Notes under the pieces: generated by a model
What the model saw: the letters and a program-made list of their open reading frames with translations, nothing else
Databases searched by the model: none
Told to the model about the DNA's origin: nothing
Part shown: one piece after another, positions 38,207-51,851 of the stretch
Position numbering within the stretch: position 1 is the stretch's first letter
How the letters are laid out: every line of letters starts with the position of its first letter
Made by a program: the position numbers and the translations under genes
Assembly (NCBI RefSeq): GCF_006345805.1
Contig: NC_042999.1
Location: forward strand, 46,810,001 to 46,874,000
DNA from: Octopus sinensis
Taxonomy: Eukaryota
DNA: 64,000 bases
Direction: 5' to 3'

Positions 38207-38906
38207 TGTGTGTGTGTGTGTGTCTGTCTGTGTGTGTGTGTGCCTGCGTGTGTGTGTATCACCTTTGTTGTTTCATTTTACTTAAAATATATTTTAAATG
38301 AAAGTGCTCATTAGAGACACTTTATTTTCAATGTTTAATTTATTATTCAAAACTTTGCTGTTTCCGTTTTGGTCGTGACTGCTTCGTTTTGTTTATACGA
38401 TTCGTACGACATCTACGCTGCAAGATATGTCTCCCTTCCCCCTCTCTATAAATACATATATCTGAATGTCCGTGCATGTGTGTGCGTATGTAAATGTATA
38501 TGCGTACTTTTTCACACACTAACGTACACAGTCAAACGTACCTACATACATTTAAAACCACTCAAACGGACACCCTGTCTCCCCACTTACTCTCCAGCCG
38601 TTGCTTTCTAACAAAAAGAAAATCAGAGCATAAATAAATATATTATATTTATAAAAGCAAATTTATGGGAATAAAATATTAAGATGCTTAATTTGGTTAC
38701 GTTTTTGCCTTAAAGCAAATAAATTACAGTAGTTGTGTGTTTTTCTTTCACTTGAAAACTAAATTAATAAGAAATCAGTTTAAACAAATCTTCTCTTGTA
38801 ACAGAAAAATTAATGTATGCCTCTCCTTCTCTCTCTCTCTCTATCTATCTCTATCTTTCTCTCTATATAAATATAGACATGTAAATATATATATATATAT
38901 TATATA

Positions 38907-38953
<47 letters not shown>

Positions 38954-39799
38954 GGGTGTGTGTGCGTGCACACACACAGATATATAGTTATGTATTCATA
39001 CACATATACATATACACACATATATAAAACACTCAGACACGTATATTGGTTTCAAATTTTTGGCACAATGCCGAACTCATACACACACGTATTACATAAT
39101 CATCGTTGTCGGAATTTTTGCGATATAAACTAGTGAAGAATAAAACAGTCATTAAGCGCATTCGCAATATTTGTATATGGAATGATAAGAACATGTCATT
39201 ATAATTAACTTTATACTTCTCTGCGTCTGTTTAAACACACCTACACACACATAAACACGTACACGCATACAAACACACCCCATATTCACATATATATATA
39301 CTTAGAAAGAAAGAAAGAAAGAAAGAACGAAAGAGAGAGAGAGACAGTGAGAGGGGAGAGAATAAATTTTGCCGGTAAGACGCCATTCGAATCGATCGTT
39401 ATCTGTCTGGAATTATCAGATTGTGCCGCATGCTGTTAAGGGCTTCCGTTATTACTAACCGGCTTTAGTGTTATCCAGAGTATTGCAATCAGATTTCATT
39501 TAATGAATCATGGGGTCTATTCTGCTATGATCCTAATGTTATATTTTTAGGAGTATGCAATCCTAATGGATTCTTGGAATGAATATTTACTAAATGAAAT
39601 AATCTTCGATAATAACATAGGGATAGTATCTCGAATCCTATTTCAGCGATATTCCTGGCTGTTTTCGAATCAAATACATATCAGTCAAGCAATCAAGCGT
39701 ATAAATTGGCTATATCTAATATTATCCAGATTGTGGAGCGCTTGTTAATGCGTTCCGCGGGTGGTTAATTTTCTAAACAAATATAATACAAACATAACA

Positions 39800-40520
39800 T
39801 TATGTTCTCTCTGTTCTTCCATAGGAAGTAGTGTATAATGTCTGTTATATACTTGTTATTAAATGACATGAAGTTCGTCCCTCATAAAACCCTCTTTGTA
39901 TCCTTTTCAATAGTTGCGTGATACAACATCGTCAGAGAAAGGCGACATTCTTTAAAATAAAAGAATGCTGTCCTAATGGAGCTGATAATTGATTGTCAAG
40001 AGAGGAACTGTCTGGTTGTGTGCCTTATTTGAAGGTAAGAATAAATTATCTCATAGTGTTATATGGGATAATTATGCGTTGTTCGGAAATGGGAGCTTGC
40101 TATAGATACAAAGGCCGCGGTTATGATACTTTCTACATTAACGCTGCATTTTCCTGCTCCTGGTTCTACTGTTGATTGTGTTAGAGGTAGTTTTTCTATA
40201 GTAGCTTCTCACTAATTCCACCTTATGGTAGTGGGTTGTCGTAAGGAACAAGGGGTATATTAACTTGCCCTTTCAAATATTTGAATTTTCCTTGAATGTC
40301 TTTGTGTACAATTGTCCCCAAATCTAATTTAATACTTAAAATATGAATAATTGTTAGGTTGACGAGAATAATGTTCATCAATTTGAATTTCTTCGATGCT
40401 TAATGCAAACTTCCTTGACTATATTCATAAATCTTCCGTTCCTTGTAAGAATAGTTAAAACGTAGTTTTTTTACATTTCCATAATGTGGTAATCTGTAGA
40501 AAGATATGTTCTTATTAGCT
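39800..40520 (-). pseudogene. Possible decayed Penelope-like ORF fragment (linker/GIY-YIG)
   Basis: Minus-strand fragments IPLVPYDNP and GFYEGRTSCHLITSI resemble PLE iPfv.tyNP and Y.G.T.r.L..R; many stops. Confidence 0.3.
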
Positions 40521-40819
40521 TATTAAAATAGTTAACTACAAAAATATTTGAAATAGTGCTATTTCAGCGTTTAATGCAGTTTCGTGACATTAACATTCTG
40601 ATAAATGTAGCTATACCAATATTAAATTTACACACAGGCGAGCGCATGTGCGTGTATAGGAGGATATATATCTATAGATGCATATATATAAGTATTTATT
40701 TATGCATGTATGTACATACATATGAATGTATGTACATATACTTACACATATACATTGATATACATATGTATATGCGTGATGTTTACCGCTATTTAAACAT
40801 GCCTGTCCCATAGGAACCG

Positions 40820-41252
40820 AAGTTACTGCTATTGTAATGCCAGGAGGTTGCCTTCTGCAAGTGATTATTCGATGCAATCTGTACTTGATATATATTGCAA
40901 CCAGGGAAGCGAACCTCTACAAACTTCCAACAATAACACCACCAGATCGCACGGTTTCGACCTCTTTGTGGTCATCCTCATTGGCGGATACTCGTAAGCT
41001 AGATACTCCAGTTTACAATATATATGAATCAAGTGATACATAGTCATTGATATTGCAACAAGCAAAGTGGTTAGGTAGAAAATCCATATAAATAATGGAA
41101 GCAGTAACTAGACTAAGAGGTAACGTTAACTGAATCTTCGGTAGAAAACGACGTTACTGTTATTTTTAACCCCAGAAAGACTCCTTCTCTAGCTGGTTAT
41201 CCGATGCAATCTGAATCCGATATATATTGGAAGCAGGTGGAGTGAACCACTA
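40820..41252 (+). repeat. ~100-bp diverged direct repeats ~330 bp apart, bounded by TA-rich tracts (pLTR-like)
   Basis: GTTACTG.TATT...CCAG.A...CCTTCT...TTAT.CGATGCAATCTG.A...GATATATATTG.AA.CAGG...G.GAACC.CTAC at 40820-40920 and 41152-41252. Confidence 0.6.
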
Positions 41253-41309
41253 CCATCTTATATATATATATATATTCTATATATTCTATACGTACACACA
41301 ATCATTCAC

Positions 41310-42265
41310 ACACTACCGTGTGTGATTAATATTCTTAAGGTCAACATTTACTCACTTATGTTTATTTGTAGGCTTTGTCACTAAGTCACATCTTTAACCA
41401 AATTATATAGTCCACATTTTCCGTTTGGTGACTTCATAAGCTACATTTAGCGCTAAAAGATTTGAAAATTGGTTCAGTAGAAAACAAATTTGAGTCAATT
41501 ATACATGAGGTCACAGACGGAAGAATAATGCCTGAAATCTAACTTGAGTCCAAATGTTGATTTTTTCGAATAAATCTATATATCATTTTAGCTTATATGA
41601 TAGATCTCTACGACAGGAATCTATCCATGTTAGCTATATGCAAATATATTCAGTAGAAAAAAAGTACTGAGGCAAAAATAGAGGAAATTAACATCTGAAA
41701 TCGATTTCGATTCAAAATACTATTTTTCTTTGAAAAGAGAACAATAATTAAATTTAACTTTTCTCATAGATTTCTACTACAGGAATCCCATGATCCAAAT
41801 TATATTTAAAAGATAAAAAATATAAAAATACTGGGGTACTCGATAAAATGAATATCAGCTGACCACTGAGGTCGATGTAGTCAATCCCGTCTGGATTTGA
41901 TGACCTTCTGCCAGAATTAGGAAACAATATTGTAAAATGTTTGATTGAATTCAGTATTTAGGTATCTTGCAAAAATCTACCCCATATTCACAGAAGACAT
42001 TATATTGTTATAAATATATATTGTAATAAGCAGCATTGACACACGGCAGTTTGTGAATAATATTCTTAAGGTCAACATTTGCTCACGACAACTTCTAAGC
42101 TTTTTCTAAGACCAATTCAGTCTTTTACCAAATTCAATAATGTTTATACATTATTAGATTGGTCATCTCCTAAGCTACATTTTAAGATACAAAATGTGAA
42201 ATTTGGTTCAGTAGAAAAAATGGTGAGTATTCAAATATGTAAGGTTAAAAAGGGGAGAATAAAAC
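41310..42265 (+). repeat. Old local direct duplication (~220 bp)
   Basis: 41310-41530 and 42040-42265 share TAATATTCTTAAGGTCAACATTT.CTCAC, TAAGCTACATTTA and TTGGTTCAGTAGAAAA. Confidence 0.75.
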
Positions 42266-44214
42266 CAAACAGCGACTTCAGGGATATTAACACGATGCAG
42301 CATACATACGTTCGTAAATACACTCACACACACTCACGCACACACAGACAAACAATGCAAACATGCATACACACACGCACCCACATGCACATATAAATAC
42401 ATTTTTATCAGAAAAAGAAACCAAAATCATTATACGAGGAGGAATTTTTATTAAGCAAACGAAAGCAAAGCATTACGACGTCCAAAGTTATAAGAATTTC
42501 TGAAATTTTAATAAGAATTTTGTTTGTGCTTGAATTATAATTAAATATTAAGCGTAGCAGAATTTAGCTCATTATTTCGTAGGGTAAATTGACAAGGCTT
42601 TTGCGTTCAGATAGTATGATTGGATTTTCAGAATACTTGGATTCAGATTTTTTTTATATTTTCAAGCAAGTTCACAAGAACTGTAGCTGAATTGCAGGCC
42701 CTATTTTCATTTTGCATGAAGTTTGACTAACAAACTAACTTTGCCCTAACAAGGGCAGGTGACACCCCCTGCTTTACGGTGGATACATTGGTTATTTTTG
42801 CATTTTAAAAATTATTTATGTTAGACACAGCTTTACTATTCATATGATCAGATTTTCATATGTTCTCATACCACTTCTTGCTAGCTCTTCTCACAATATA
42901 TAGGTATAGCTAATTTATTTCTTGATTTTATAATAAAATTAGTATTACATTAATATTCACTATTATATAGAAAATTAATTTTCCCAATAAATTGTCACAC
43001 TTTCTCTTTTAGCGCCTTCGTATTTTGCACTTTGTTTCAATATAAAAATTTTATATACTGTTAAGATATGGGATTTGATATTTTTAAAATCATAATTACA
43101 TTTCTCACTATTCTAAAAAGTAATCAATTTTAAAGGAAATAAATATACTGGTAGGTTTCATTTAATTGAAATATTTTTAACAAAAGAATATTTCTTAGTT
43201 TTATTGCATTACCTCGAAAAGAAGTGGATTGCAATAAAAAACGCGGGCGAATGCACGTTAATATTCTTAAATCATTATTCCTGGAAAAGTACAGAACAAA
43301 ATTTTTACCTCTAAAAGAAACTAAAAAACAATTAAATTTTAAATTCTACGGTATTAGGTAAATTTGAGATAATTTATCTTATTCATTATGAAAATTTAAA
43401 AAACAAGCAAATCTTTAAAAACATGGTACAAAAATAATCAAAATTAAATTTGAAGCAAAGATATATTTAAAATCATGTCTTTTGAAATATACAATTAAAA
43501 TAGTCACTTTATATAGTTGTATCGAGTACAAAAAATAAATTATGAAGTTGTAAATAATATTACACATGATTTCATTTTCACTTGAATTGAAATCCCATTA
43601 CAAAAAAAAATTACTAAACAAAACCAGTCATTGCAGTGCAGTAAAATGGTCATTAGATGGTTTTAAATCAGCCATATGCTCATTCCATTCTTCCACATTG
43701 AAAAAAAAAATTAATCTCCCAAATAAATCATAAGTAAAATTTATTAGTTATCATTAATACAGTAGAATTAGTTTAATTCGTCTTAAGATAATTCGTTACT
43801 TCACCTAATTCATCACTTCCGATTTTCTCCTAGAGATGACCAATGAGACGAATTCTACTCTATTTTTTAATAACTTAATATTATTTTGCCAAAATAATAA
43901 AAATTACTGGGGCTATACGTGAAAAGAGTTTCTGAATATAAATCCATAGGCTTAAAGTCGGATGGGGTTATTGTTGGAAAAACTCAATAATATCTTCATA
44001 ATTCTTTGGTTTTAATAAAATATAGTAAATTTTAAAAATGTTATTTGTGGCTGCAATATTTTAAGTGCAGTAGAATTCTAACTTCAAGTATGTTTTAAAT
44101 TTCTTTAGACGTGACGAATTAGGCAAGTTCTCCTGTTGAAATCTTGTTCTGTACTTTTACAGGTGTAATAACCTAAGAATATTAACCTGCATGCTCCTGA
44201 ATTTTTCATTGTAG

Positions 44215-44246
<32 letters not shown>

Positions 44247-44807
44247 TAGCAATCTACACAAATATGTATGTGTATATTAAAGCTTCTTTCTATGTATACA
44301 GTTAAGCATTAACTGAAGGATCGCTCAATACATGTAAATAAAAGATATATTTTTAGAAACTAAAGTTAGCTTCTCAGTTTGAAAGTTCATTGGTTGGGGA
44401 CACCAAAGAAAATCTAGTGGAAATAAATTCAACAATACCTTAATGGCATCGATCGTACTAGTCTCTAAGGTGCTACAAGCGTTTTGTGCGCATCTATTTT
44501 CTCCAGTCTCACCAAGGAAAAAGAAAGAATACTGTGGCTAGCAATGGATTTCCCATTGTGTATTTCCTTTACTTCATTTCAGTAAGCTAGCTGAAAATCT
44601 TCTAAATGATAAAATTTTCAAATCAGTTACTTTTGAAATAAGGCTCTCTTGATAATTGTTTGATTTTCCACGTACGTGCTACTGTTTTGTATAATCAATC
44701 AATTGCTTATATATTTCCAAAAGGAATAATTGGATATCTGCTATTATATGTTGCCTGTGTGTGCTTGTGTGTGTGTGAATGCACATATCCACACATACGC
44801 ACACATA

Positions 44808-45062
44808 CCTTCTTCTCTTAGACTCCACTGTCTTAGAAAGAAATTTTCAATCACCCATTCCCTTCCCGTCATTTCAAAATTTAACCACATGTGAATCATT
44901 GGCGATATTTTTCCTCCCTCTCACTACTGGACTTTCCTGTCTTCTGTTTCTGAAGACGAGCTTTGCTTGTAACGTAAAACCACATTTCTTTTCTTCCCTG
45001 AACATCTGCTAATACTTTACATGCACCACGTCCCAGGGTTCTTTTTTGTGTTAATTCTCCAT
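44808..45062 (+). mobile_element. Solo Penelope-like pseudo-LTR in microsatellite
   Basis: Sits between (CA)/(TG) and (TA)/(CA) tracts and contains a minimal hammerhead motif. Confidence 0.55.
44946..44980 (+). ncRNA. Minimal type-I hammerhead ribozyme motif (one core substitution)
   Basis: GTTT-CTGAAGA-C-GAGC-TTT-GCTT-GTAA-CGTA-AAAC: stem I GTTT/AAAC, stem II GAGC/GCTT, palindromic ACGT stem III. GAAA reads GTAA. Confidence 0.55.
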
Positions 45063-45083
45063 TATATATATAAATGCTACACA

Positions 45084-45152
<69 letters not shown>

Positions 45153-45327
45153 TACATAGAAAGATAAACAGATAGAGAAATATAGAGAGATACATAAATA
45201 GTCGGATAAATATTTATATGTATGTATATATATACACATTTACATATATATTCATATATATGTATATACATATATATATATGTATGCATATATATATGTA
45301 TATACATATATATATATATGTATGTAT

Positions 45328-45411
<84 letters not shown>

Positions 45412-46462
45412 ACACATACACACACACAGATATATATGTAGATAGATAGATCTTTCTGTGTTATGTTTAAAGTGAGAGCGTATGCCTGGAGATATATATT
45501 CATATTTAATACATCTATTTTTTGCATAAAAATTTCGTTTTTACCCTGCACTTTAAGCATTCTCCTCCATATATTTTATGACTACAGCTACAAACACGCA
45601 CATGCATATTCTAACACACCAGGACATTTAAGAAAGCATATATGTACACATGCATACAAGCAGGCAAATACAGTTACAGACAATGCAAGTACATAGACAC
45701 ACATGCAAACGCGAAGACTCTAACGCTCAATCGTAATATAAAAGGCGAGGTATACACACACATAAGACAAAGAACAAAATATTTACACCATTAAGACTAA
45801 GATAGCGCTTTACCAACTTAATGCATAAAATACTACTTACACGCAGAGCTCCTGGGGTTAATCTTTAGGTAGGTGAAATCTTTCTGCAGAAATCTAGCCG
45901 TGTGTCACAATTTGTTATGGAAGTCAGCCAAACTACTTTACTGCAGTATCGAAAGCTAGCCAAGAATTTTATTTTAATTTCTCATATTTTCCTGTCTATG
46001 GTTCGTATTCCATGACCTTGCACTCTGCCAGCATAAAATATCCAGAAGAAGTCTGATAATCTTTTCACTATGGCAAGTATTTCTTTACAGATAACAAATT
46101 CATAGGCATGTCATTGTAGTCGCTGTTTGAACATACGAAGTAAAACAAACTCGAGTGATGTTTTAAAAGTTGCATTGTGTCTATACTTTTGCCATACGTT
46201 TTTAAAAGTAGAACTAAATTGTAATAGATCTTTACAAAAAATTAATAATGATAGTAATCGTTAATTCTTTCGATTCTATCATACTATTAAAATACAATTA
46301 TTCATGTTATTCTAGCAAAGAGCTTTATACCACCCAGTCCTGAACATGCGCAGCATATGATTTACCTAAATGCAACTAACAGTCTTTTCAAAATAAGTTG
46401 AAATACATATTTTTATTATAAAATGTTGAGCTTTTCGCACTTGCAACTCATTCCTTAATAAC

Positions 46463-46673
46463 GGCTTTTAATCTTGGCACAAGGCCAGCTGGTTTGAGTA
46501 AGTGGGTAAGTCAATTACTTCGACTACAGTAACCAACTAGTCCTTAATTTCTCGAAACCGAAATGATGTAAGGCAAAATCAAACTCGGCAGAATTTTAAC
46601 TCAGGACATAAAGACAGAAGAAATCCGCTAAATATTTAACCCGGTGTCGTAACGATTTTGCCAACTCGCCGCC
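46463..46673 (-). mobile_element. SINE family B
   Basis: Reverse complement of GGCGGCGAGTTGGCAAAATCGTTA...GGCCTTGTGCCAAGATT. Confidence 0.8.
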
Positions 46674-47447
46674 ATAACTGATTTATTAAGTTGAATTGTA
46701 ATACGGTGATACTACACACGTATTTCTTTGACTACGTCCAGGGAAGGTTACCCTAATAACTAGCATTAAAACACTTACAGAGAAATACCAGCCGCTGATT
46801 TACACGAGTTCCGTCTTCTCTTTCAGACCGGAATCTTACTATTGCCACTACCCATTAAAGCAATCCTGACTCACACACCACATTTCTTCAATCATATTTT
46901 ATTCAGTCTAGCACATCAGACCCCATATTAATCAATACGCTCGATTTTTCAGTCTCAGATCATAGGCTCTCTGGTACTCTGTCTCCCGCCACCTTTTTCA
47001 CACGTGCTGAATTACAATGTCTGAAGAGGAAACATTAATATCATTAACCCATTGAGTCTATGTGGCACAGCAAAGGCTACAGTGATTCCCATTCTTGTAC
47101 TCATACAAAATAAAGTAAAATAAATTTTAAATATTTCTTTAAACAATAATTGTAAAATTACTGAGGTGACCTCAATTAATTTAGGCAATATATATTTTTT
47201 GTAAACATAACTTCCATTCTTGTACGATTTCAAATAAGCAAATTTTTGATTGAAATGCTTTTATATTCAATTGGATATCTATATTTATCTCTATCAATAG
47301 AAAGTAATCTCTCTACAAATGATATCCTACTTTGATTTATTAAGAAACTGACAGCAAATGCTCTATTCATATATTTACTAATGATAAAAGTTTGTGTGTG
47401 TGGCTATCTACATACATGTCTATACACACACACACAGATACACACAT

Positions 47448-47536
<89 letters not shown>

Positions 47537-47831
47537 TTATATTTACATACAAACACACACGTATGTATGTATGTATGTATGTATGTATATATATATATGT
47601 ATTCTACCAACACAGCATGAAAAGTAGGAAATATTCATTTCATTATATACTGCTATATATTATTTAAATGTTTAAAGCATCTCGAAATATAATGACCAGT
47701 TAATAGTCAGTTCACGAGCATTAGAACAATTGTAGTTTGTCTCCATTTCTTCTGAGAACTTGTCGTAAATTTCTGGTATTGACACATAGCAAACATTCAA
47801 GTAATCTTCAAAATAACTATACTTTGATATA

Positions 47832-49500
47832 CGGGGTGCATTCCAGAGGATTTGAGACTTTTGGTTTAAGAGAGGCAGTTATAACAACCCTAGATTATTG
47901 CAATCTTGCTGTATTATTACTATACATCAAATAGACCGACCTGCCAACTTTTTATTCCAGATTGAAGAATATGGATGTAGTAGTACTTCCAAAATGCCCT
48001 TCTTGACTATTTTGCAGATTGCAGTTGGGACATGAAGGCAAATGTGTAGCTTGTAATTCAATAAAGTTTTGTGTTAATCAGCGCAGAAATGTTACAGTAA
48101 CATGAAATGCTCCGGATTGCACATGGATTAACTTGTATGAGCAGAGCATCAATTTTCATTACCAAAAGAAGTTCCAAGGCGGAAGAGATATGGTGAGAGT
48201 CGATGAAATGTGTGGGAGTAAGACAAACGTCAGAACATCGGATCTGGTTCAAAAAAGGCGCAATACTCTGGATGTAAACCATCGAATGTCTATAAAGCCA
48301 GTAAACACATTTTGGAGTCGGTATGGAAGCTGTACACAGAGATAATGATGAACATCTGAACATGCACAAAATTTGTGTAAAGTTCGTTCCTAGGGTGCTC
48401 AGGGACAGGCAGAAGGAAAGGCGCGTTGGTTGGGAGATTCTTGACATCATTACCTCCATTTCCAGGTGACCAGTGACAAATTGTAGATCTACAGTTATGT
48501 TCCAAAATCTGAGTGCTCAGATGAAGTATTCTAGCTGCACCTGACCCAAGAAGGCCAGGTAAAGCAAGTCCATCTACGAGTTACTGATGATTCCCTTTTT
48601 TGACATGAAAGGCATTGTCTACATCCACTGGGTTCCCACAAGCCAGACGGACAATCAAGTGTACTTTGTGGACGTTTTGACGGAGATCAAGAAGAGACCT
48701 GAGCTCTTCCTTTTAGTTCGATGGCGCTTATACCAGGACAATGTATCAGTCCACAATTCCATCTTTGTAGCTTAACAATTCTAGCAGCCCAGAACTTGCT
48801 CGCTATGAATTTAGGTTGTTGTCGAAGATGTAGAAGATTGTGTCACTGGTCCTGAACATCTTCTCTTCGGAAGACAACCATGGGGTCTTAACAATTCTAG
48901 CAGCCCAGAACTTGCTAGCTATGAATTTAGGTTGTTGTCGAAGCTGTAGAACATAAAAGTGATTGTGTCACGGGTCCTGAACATCTTCTCTTTGGAAGAC
49001 AACCATGGGATCTTAACAATTCTAGCAGCCCAGAACTTGCTACCTATGAATTTAGGTTTTTGTCGAAGCTTTAGAAGAAGATAAAAGTGACTGTGTCACG
49101 GGTCCTGAACATCTCTTTGGAAGACAACCATGGAGTCTTCACAACGTGACTGGATCACTACAAGTTCACTGGAATAAGAGGATCCTACTCTGAGAGAAAT
49201 CAGAGTTTTGTAGTTCTTTGAAATTAATAAGCGTCTCTCCTTAAAGCGGTGAGCTGGCTGAATTTTTTCACGTCGGGTAAAATGCTTAGCGGCATTTTGT
49301 CCTGGGTTCAGATTTCTCTGCGGCCGACTTTGCTTTTCATACTTGACATGGGGAGAAGGTGTCGAGAAAATACGTACGAGTTGAACAGTGGGGTCCATGT
49401 AATCTACTCAACCCTTCGTAAAGTTGTTGCCCTCGTACCAAAATTTTAAACCAACAAATGTCTCTCCAGAAAAAATTCAAATCTTCTGAAATATACCTCT
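47832..49500 (+). mobile_element. Defective mariner with internal triplication and nested SINE
   Basis: Imperfect TIRs TA-CGGGGTGCATTCCAGAGGATTTGA and TCAAATCTTCTGAAATATACCTCT-TA. Motifs MHKICVKFVPRVL, FFDMKGIVYIHWVP, LYQDN and SPELA. Confidence 0.85.
49245..49452 (+). mobile_element. SINE family B nested in mariner 3' end
   Basis: GCGGTGAGCTGGC head. Degenerate TSD AATAAGCGTCTCTCC (49226-49240) / AACAAATGTCTCTCC (49453-49467). Confidence 0.8.
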
Positions 49501-51169
49501 TACAACTCGCTGTATCGTGTCAGAGAACACTAGAATTTAGAAGTCAGTTTCACCGCATAGCTAGTAAAGAATAACAGAATAATTTCTTGTATTTTTTTCT
49601 ACCGTAGTTAAAATTATATCGGGGATTAAGTAACACAGACATTTTGCTTGATTTTAATGACTAACTGAATATGTTTATGACATTGTAATTATGGATTATC
49701 AGAAACTCAATGAAATTATAATTTGAATTATTGAACTGTTTAAACACGATTTATAAATTAGATTTAGATTTTTCTATAACATAGATATAGCAATGGATGA
49801 TGGCTTTATATTTTACTCGAGAAGAATCAAGCCTTATTATTTCACAGAATTTTAGAACTGGAAAATTGCGGCAAATATGATAGCGTTCTTCAGGAAGATA
49901 AAATATGCGATAAAATAAATACTGCAGAAATATTTTTTCAAAACAGTATTTCACAGGCTTCACCAAATATTGTTCAAGGCTGTGTAAGAAACAAACAAAG
50001 TGAAAGGTTGAATGCTGGAAAGATAAAGCTGAATAAAGAAAAATCCGTTGAAAAAAATCAAAATAAAAGTGAGATAATAGGCGCAGTTTCGCAGAAACCT
50101 TGAGGTCAGATTATGTGAATCTGAGCATCATTATCAACCGCACTTATTTTCGGAGGAGATGCCTCATTTAGAACGTGTACGTGTGCGTGAATAATATTTA
50201 GAAGTATGAATGTATGCCCACGCAGATTCAGATACCATCAGAGAGTATATTTTTTTTATTTTTATGATGAATATACGTTCATTTAGAGTTGAATTACTAC
50301 ATGATTCTCTAGAGATATACTTTAACCAGAACAATTTAAGAATTATCCGTTAAGAAATTTTTCTTATGAAATTAATGTATTTGGATAATATATATAGATT
50401 TTGCGAGATGGTCGGGAATGTTTTTATTCGTGATTTACATGACTATATACCATCAAAAGCAATTCAGTTTCTTTTTTAAACCCGAGTTGAAAGTATATAT
50501 CTATTATTCATATTCTATTTTTGAACTGTAGTGCATTAATTTTTAACTTGAATTTATAGAGAACACGATAACCAAACTTTTGTGTAATCCAGCTGATAAA
50601 AGTTCTTCCCAGTGAATTTCGATCCCGAGAAACATCCAGCGGAAGACGCTAGTCTATTTTTCATATCACGTTGAATGTTAAATTGCCAATATAGCCCCCC
50701 CCCCAAAATAGTAGCATCCCTTGAGCGAATTCCACGGTTATTTTTGGTACTATAAAGATTGGTGGAAGTTTGTAGTAAATCATGAAATACATAATTCCTT
50801 TTGAAATGCGTCTCTTTCGTGATGCGTTTGATACTTTAGATAGTGAAAATTCCAAATACTTAATACTCAAGAGGCATTTGTCCGAGAGAACATTAGTGTA
50901 ATCTAGATTCCTTGATATACACTTCACAGCTATTCTATCTTGGGAGTTGTCTATTACTTTTTCCTTTGTCTTAGAAAGTTAACCTAATAGGTAGATCTAT
51001 CACATAATTCTACTAGTGTTTGACAACGTTAACAGAACAAATTTAAGGCGCTGCCCTGAGAATTTATTTCCCCATTAGGCAAGGAACGCACATTGTTTGA
51101 CTTCAACCCACAGTCCCAGTGAACGCTGTATTACGTAACAGCTGTACAGGTTCTACAGAAATAACTTGG

Positions 51170-51220
<51 letters not shown>

Positions 51221-51226
<6 letters not shown>

Positions 51227-51510
51227 TAGAAAAAACACCTTTTATCAATTCAATAATGAAATATTAAATTATACCTAGAAAATGACATATTATAGAAAGA
51301 TTAAATATAAGATGAAACATATAACGATAATTAAGTGATGTGCAAAATAATAAAACGTATATAATAGGTTTTATATATTATTTTACACATTACTTAATCA
51401 TCATTATATGTTTTATCTTACATTTAATCTTTCTATAATATGTAATTTTCTAGATGGTATAATTTAATTTTTCTTTATTGAATTGATAACAGGTGTTTTT
51501 TCTAATTTAT
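51221..51510. repeat. ~140-bp-arm fold-back element in (TA)n/(CA)n
   Basis: ATAAATTAGAAAAAACACCT... is the inverse of ...AGGTGTTTTTTCTAATTTAT; pairing continues with scattered mismatches to a centre near 51362. Confidence 0.88.
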
Positions 51511-51537
51511 ACACACACACACACACACACATACACG

Positions 51538-51631
<94 letters not shown>

Positions 51632-51851
51632 ATACTTTGTGAAATTTCATTTAGTATTTCTAAATTGAACTTTTCCCCGTAAGTTTGGAATTATATTCCC
51701 TCATATTATATTAATATATATATATATTATACATATATATATATATATATCTATATATATATAAATACACACACACACACGCACATATATATATATATTG
51801 AGTGGGTGTATATGTGTGATCTGTGTGCGTTTATTTGTGTGTCTATGTATG

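Noticed and set aside
42745-44240. Possible minus-strand Helitron (GCAGG...CCTGC hairpin near CTTG; (TA)n start)
   Set aside because: Termini are non-canonical and no Rep or helicase motif is recognisable.
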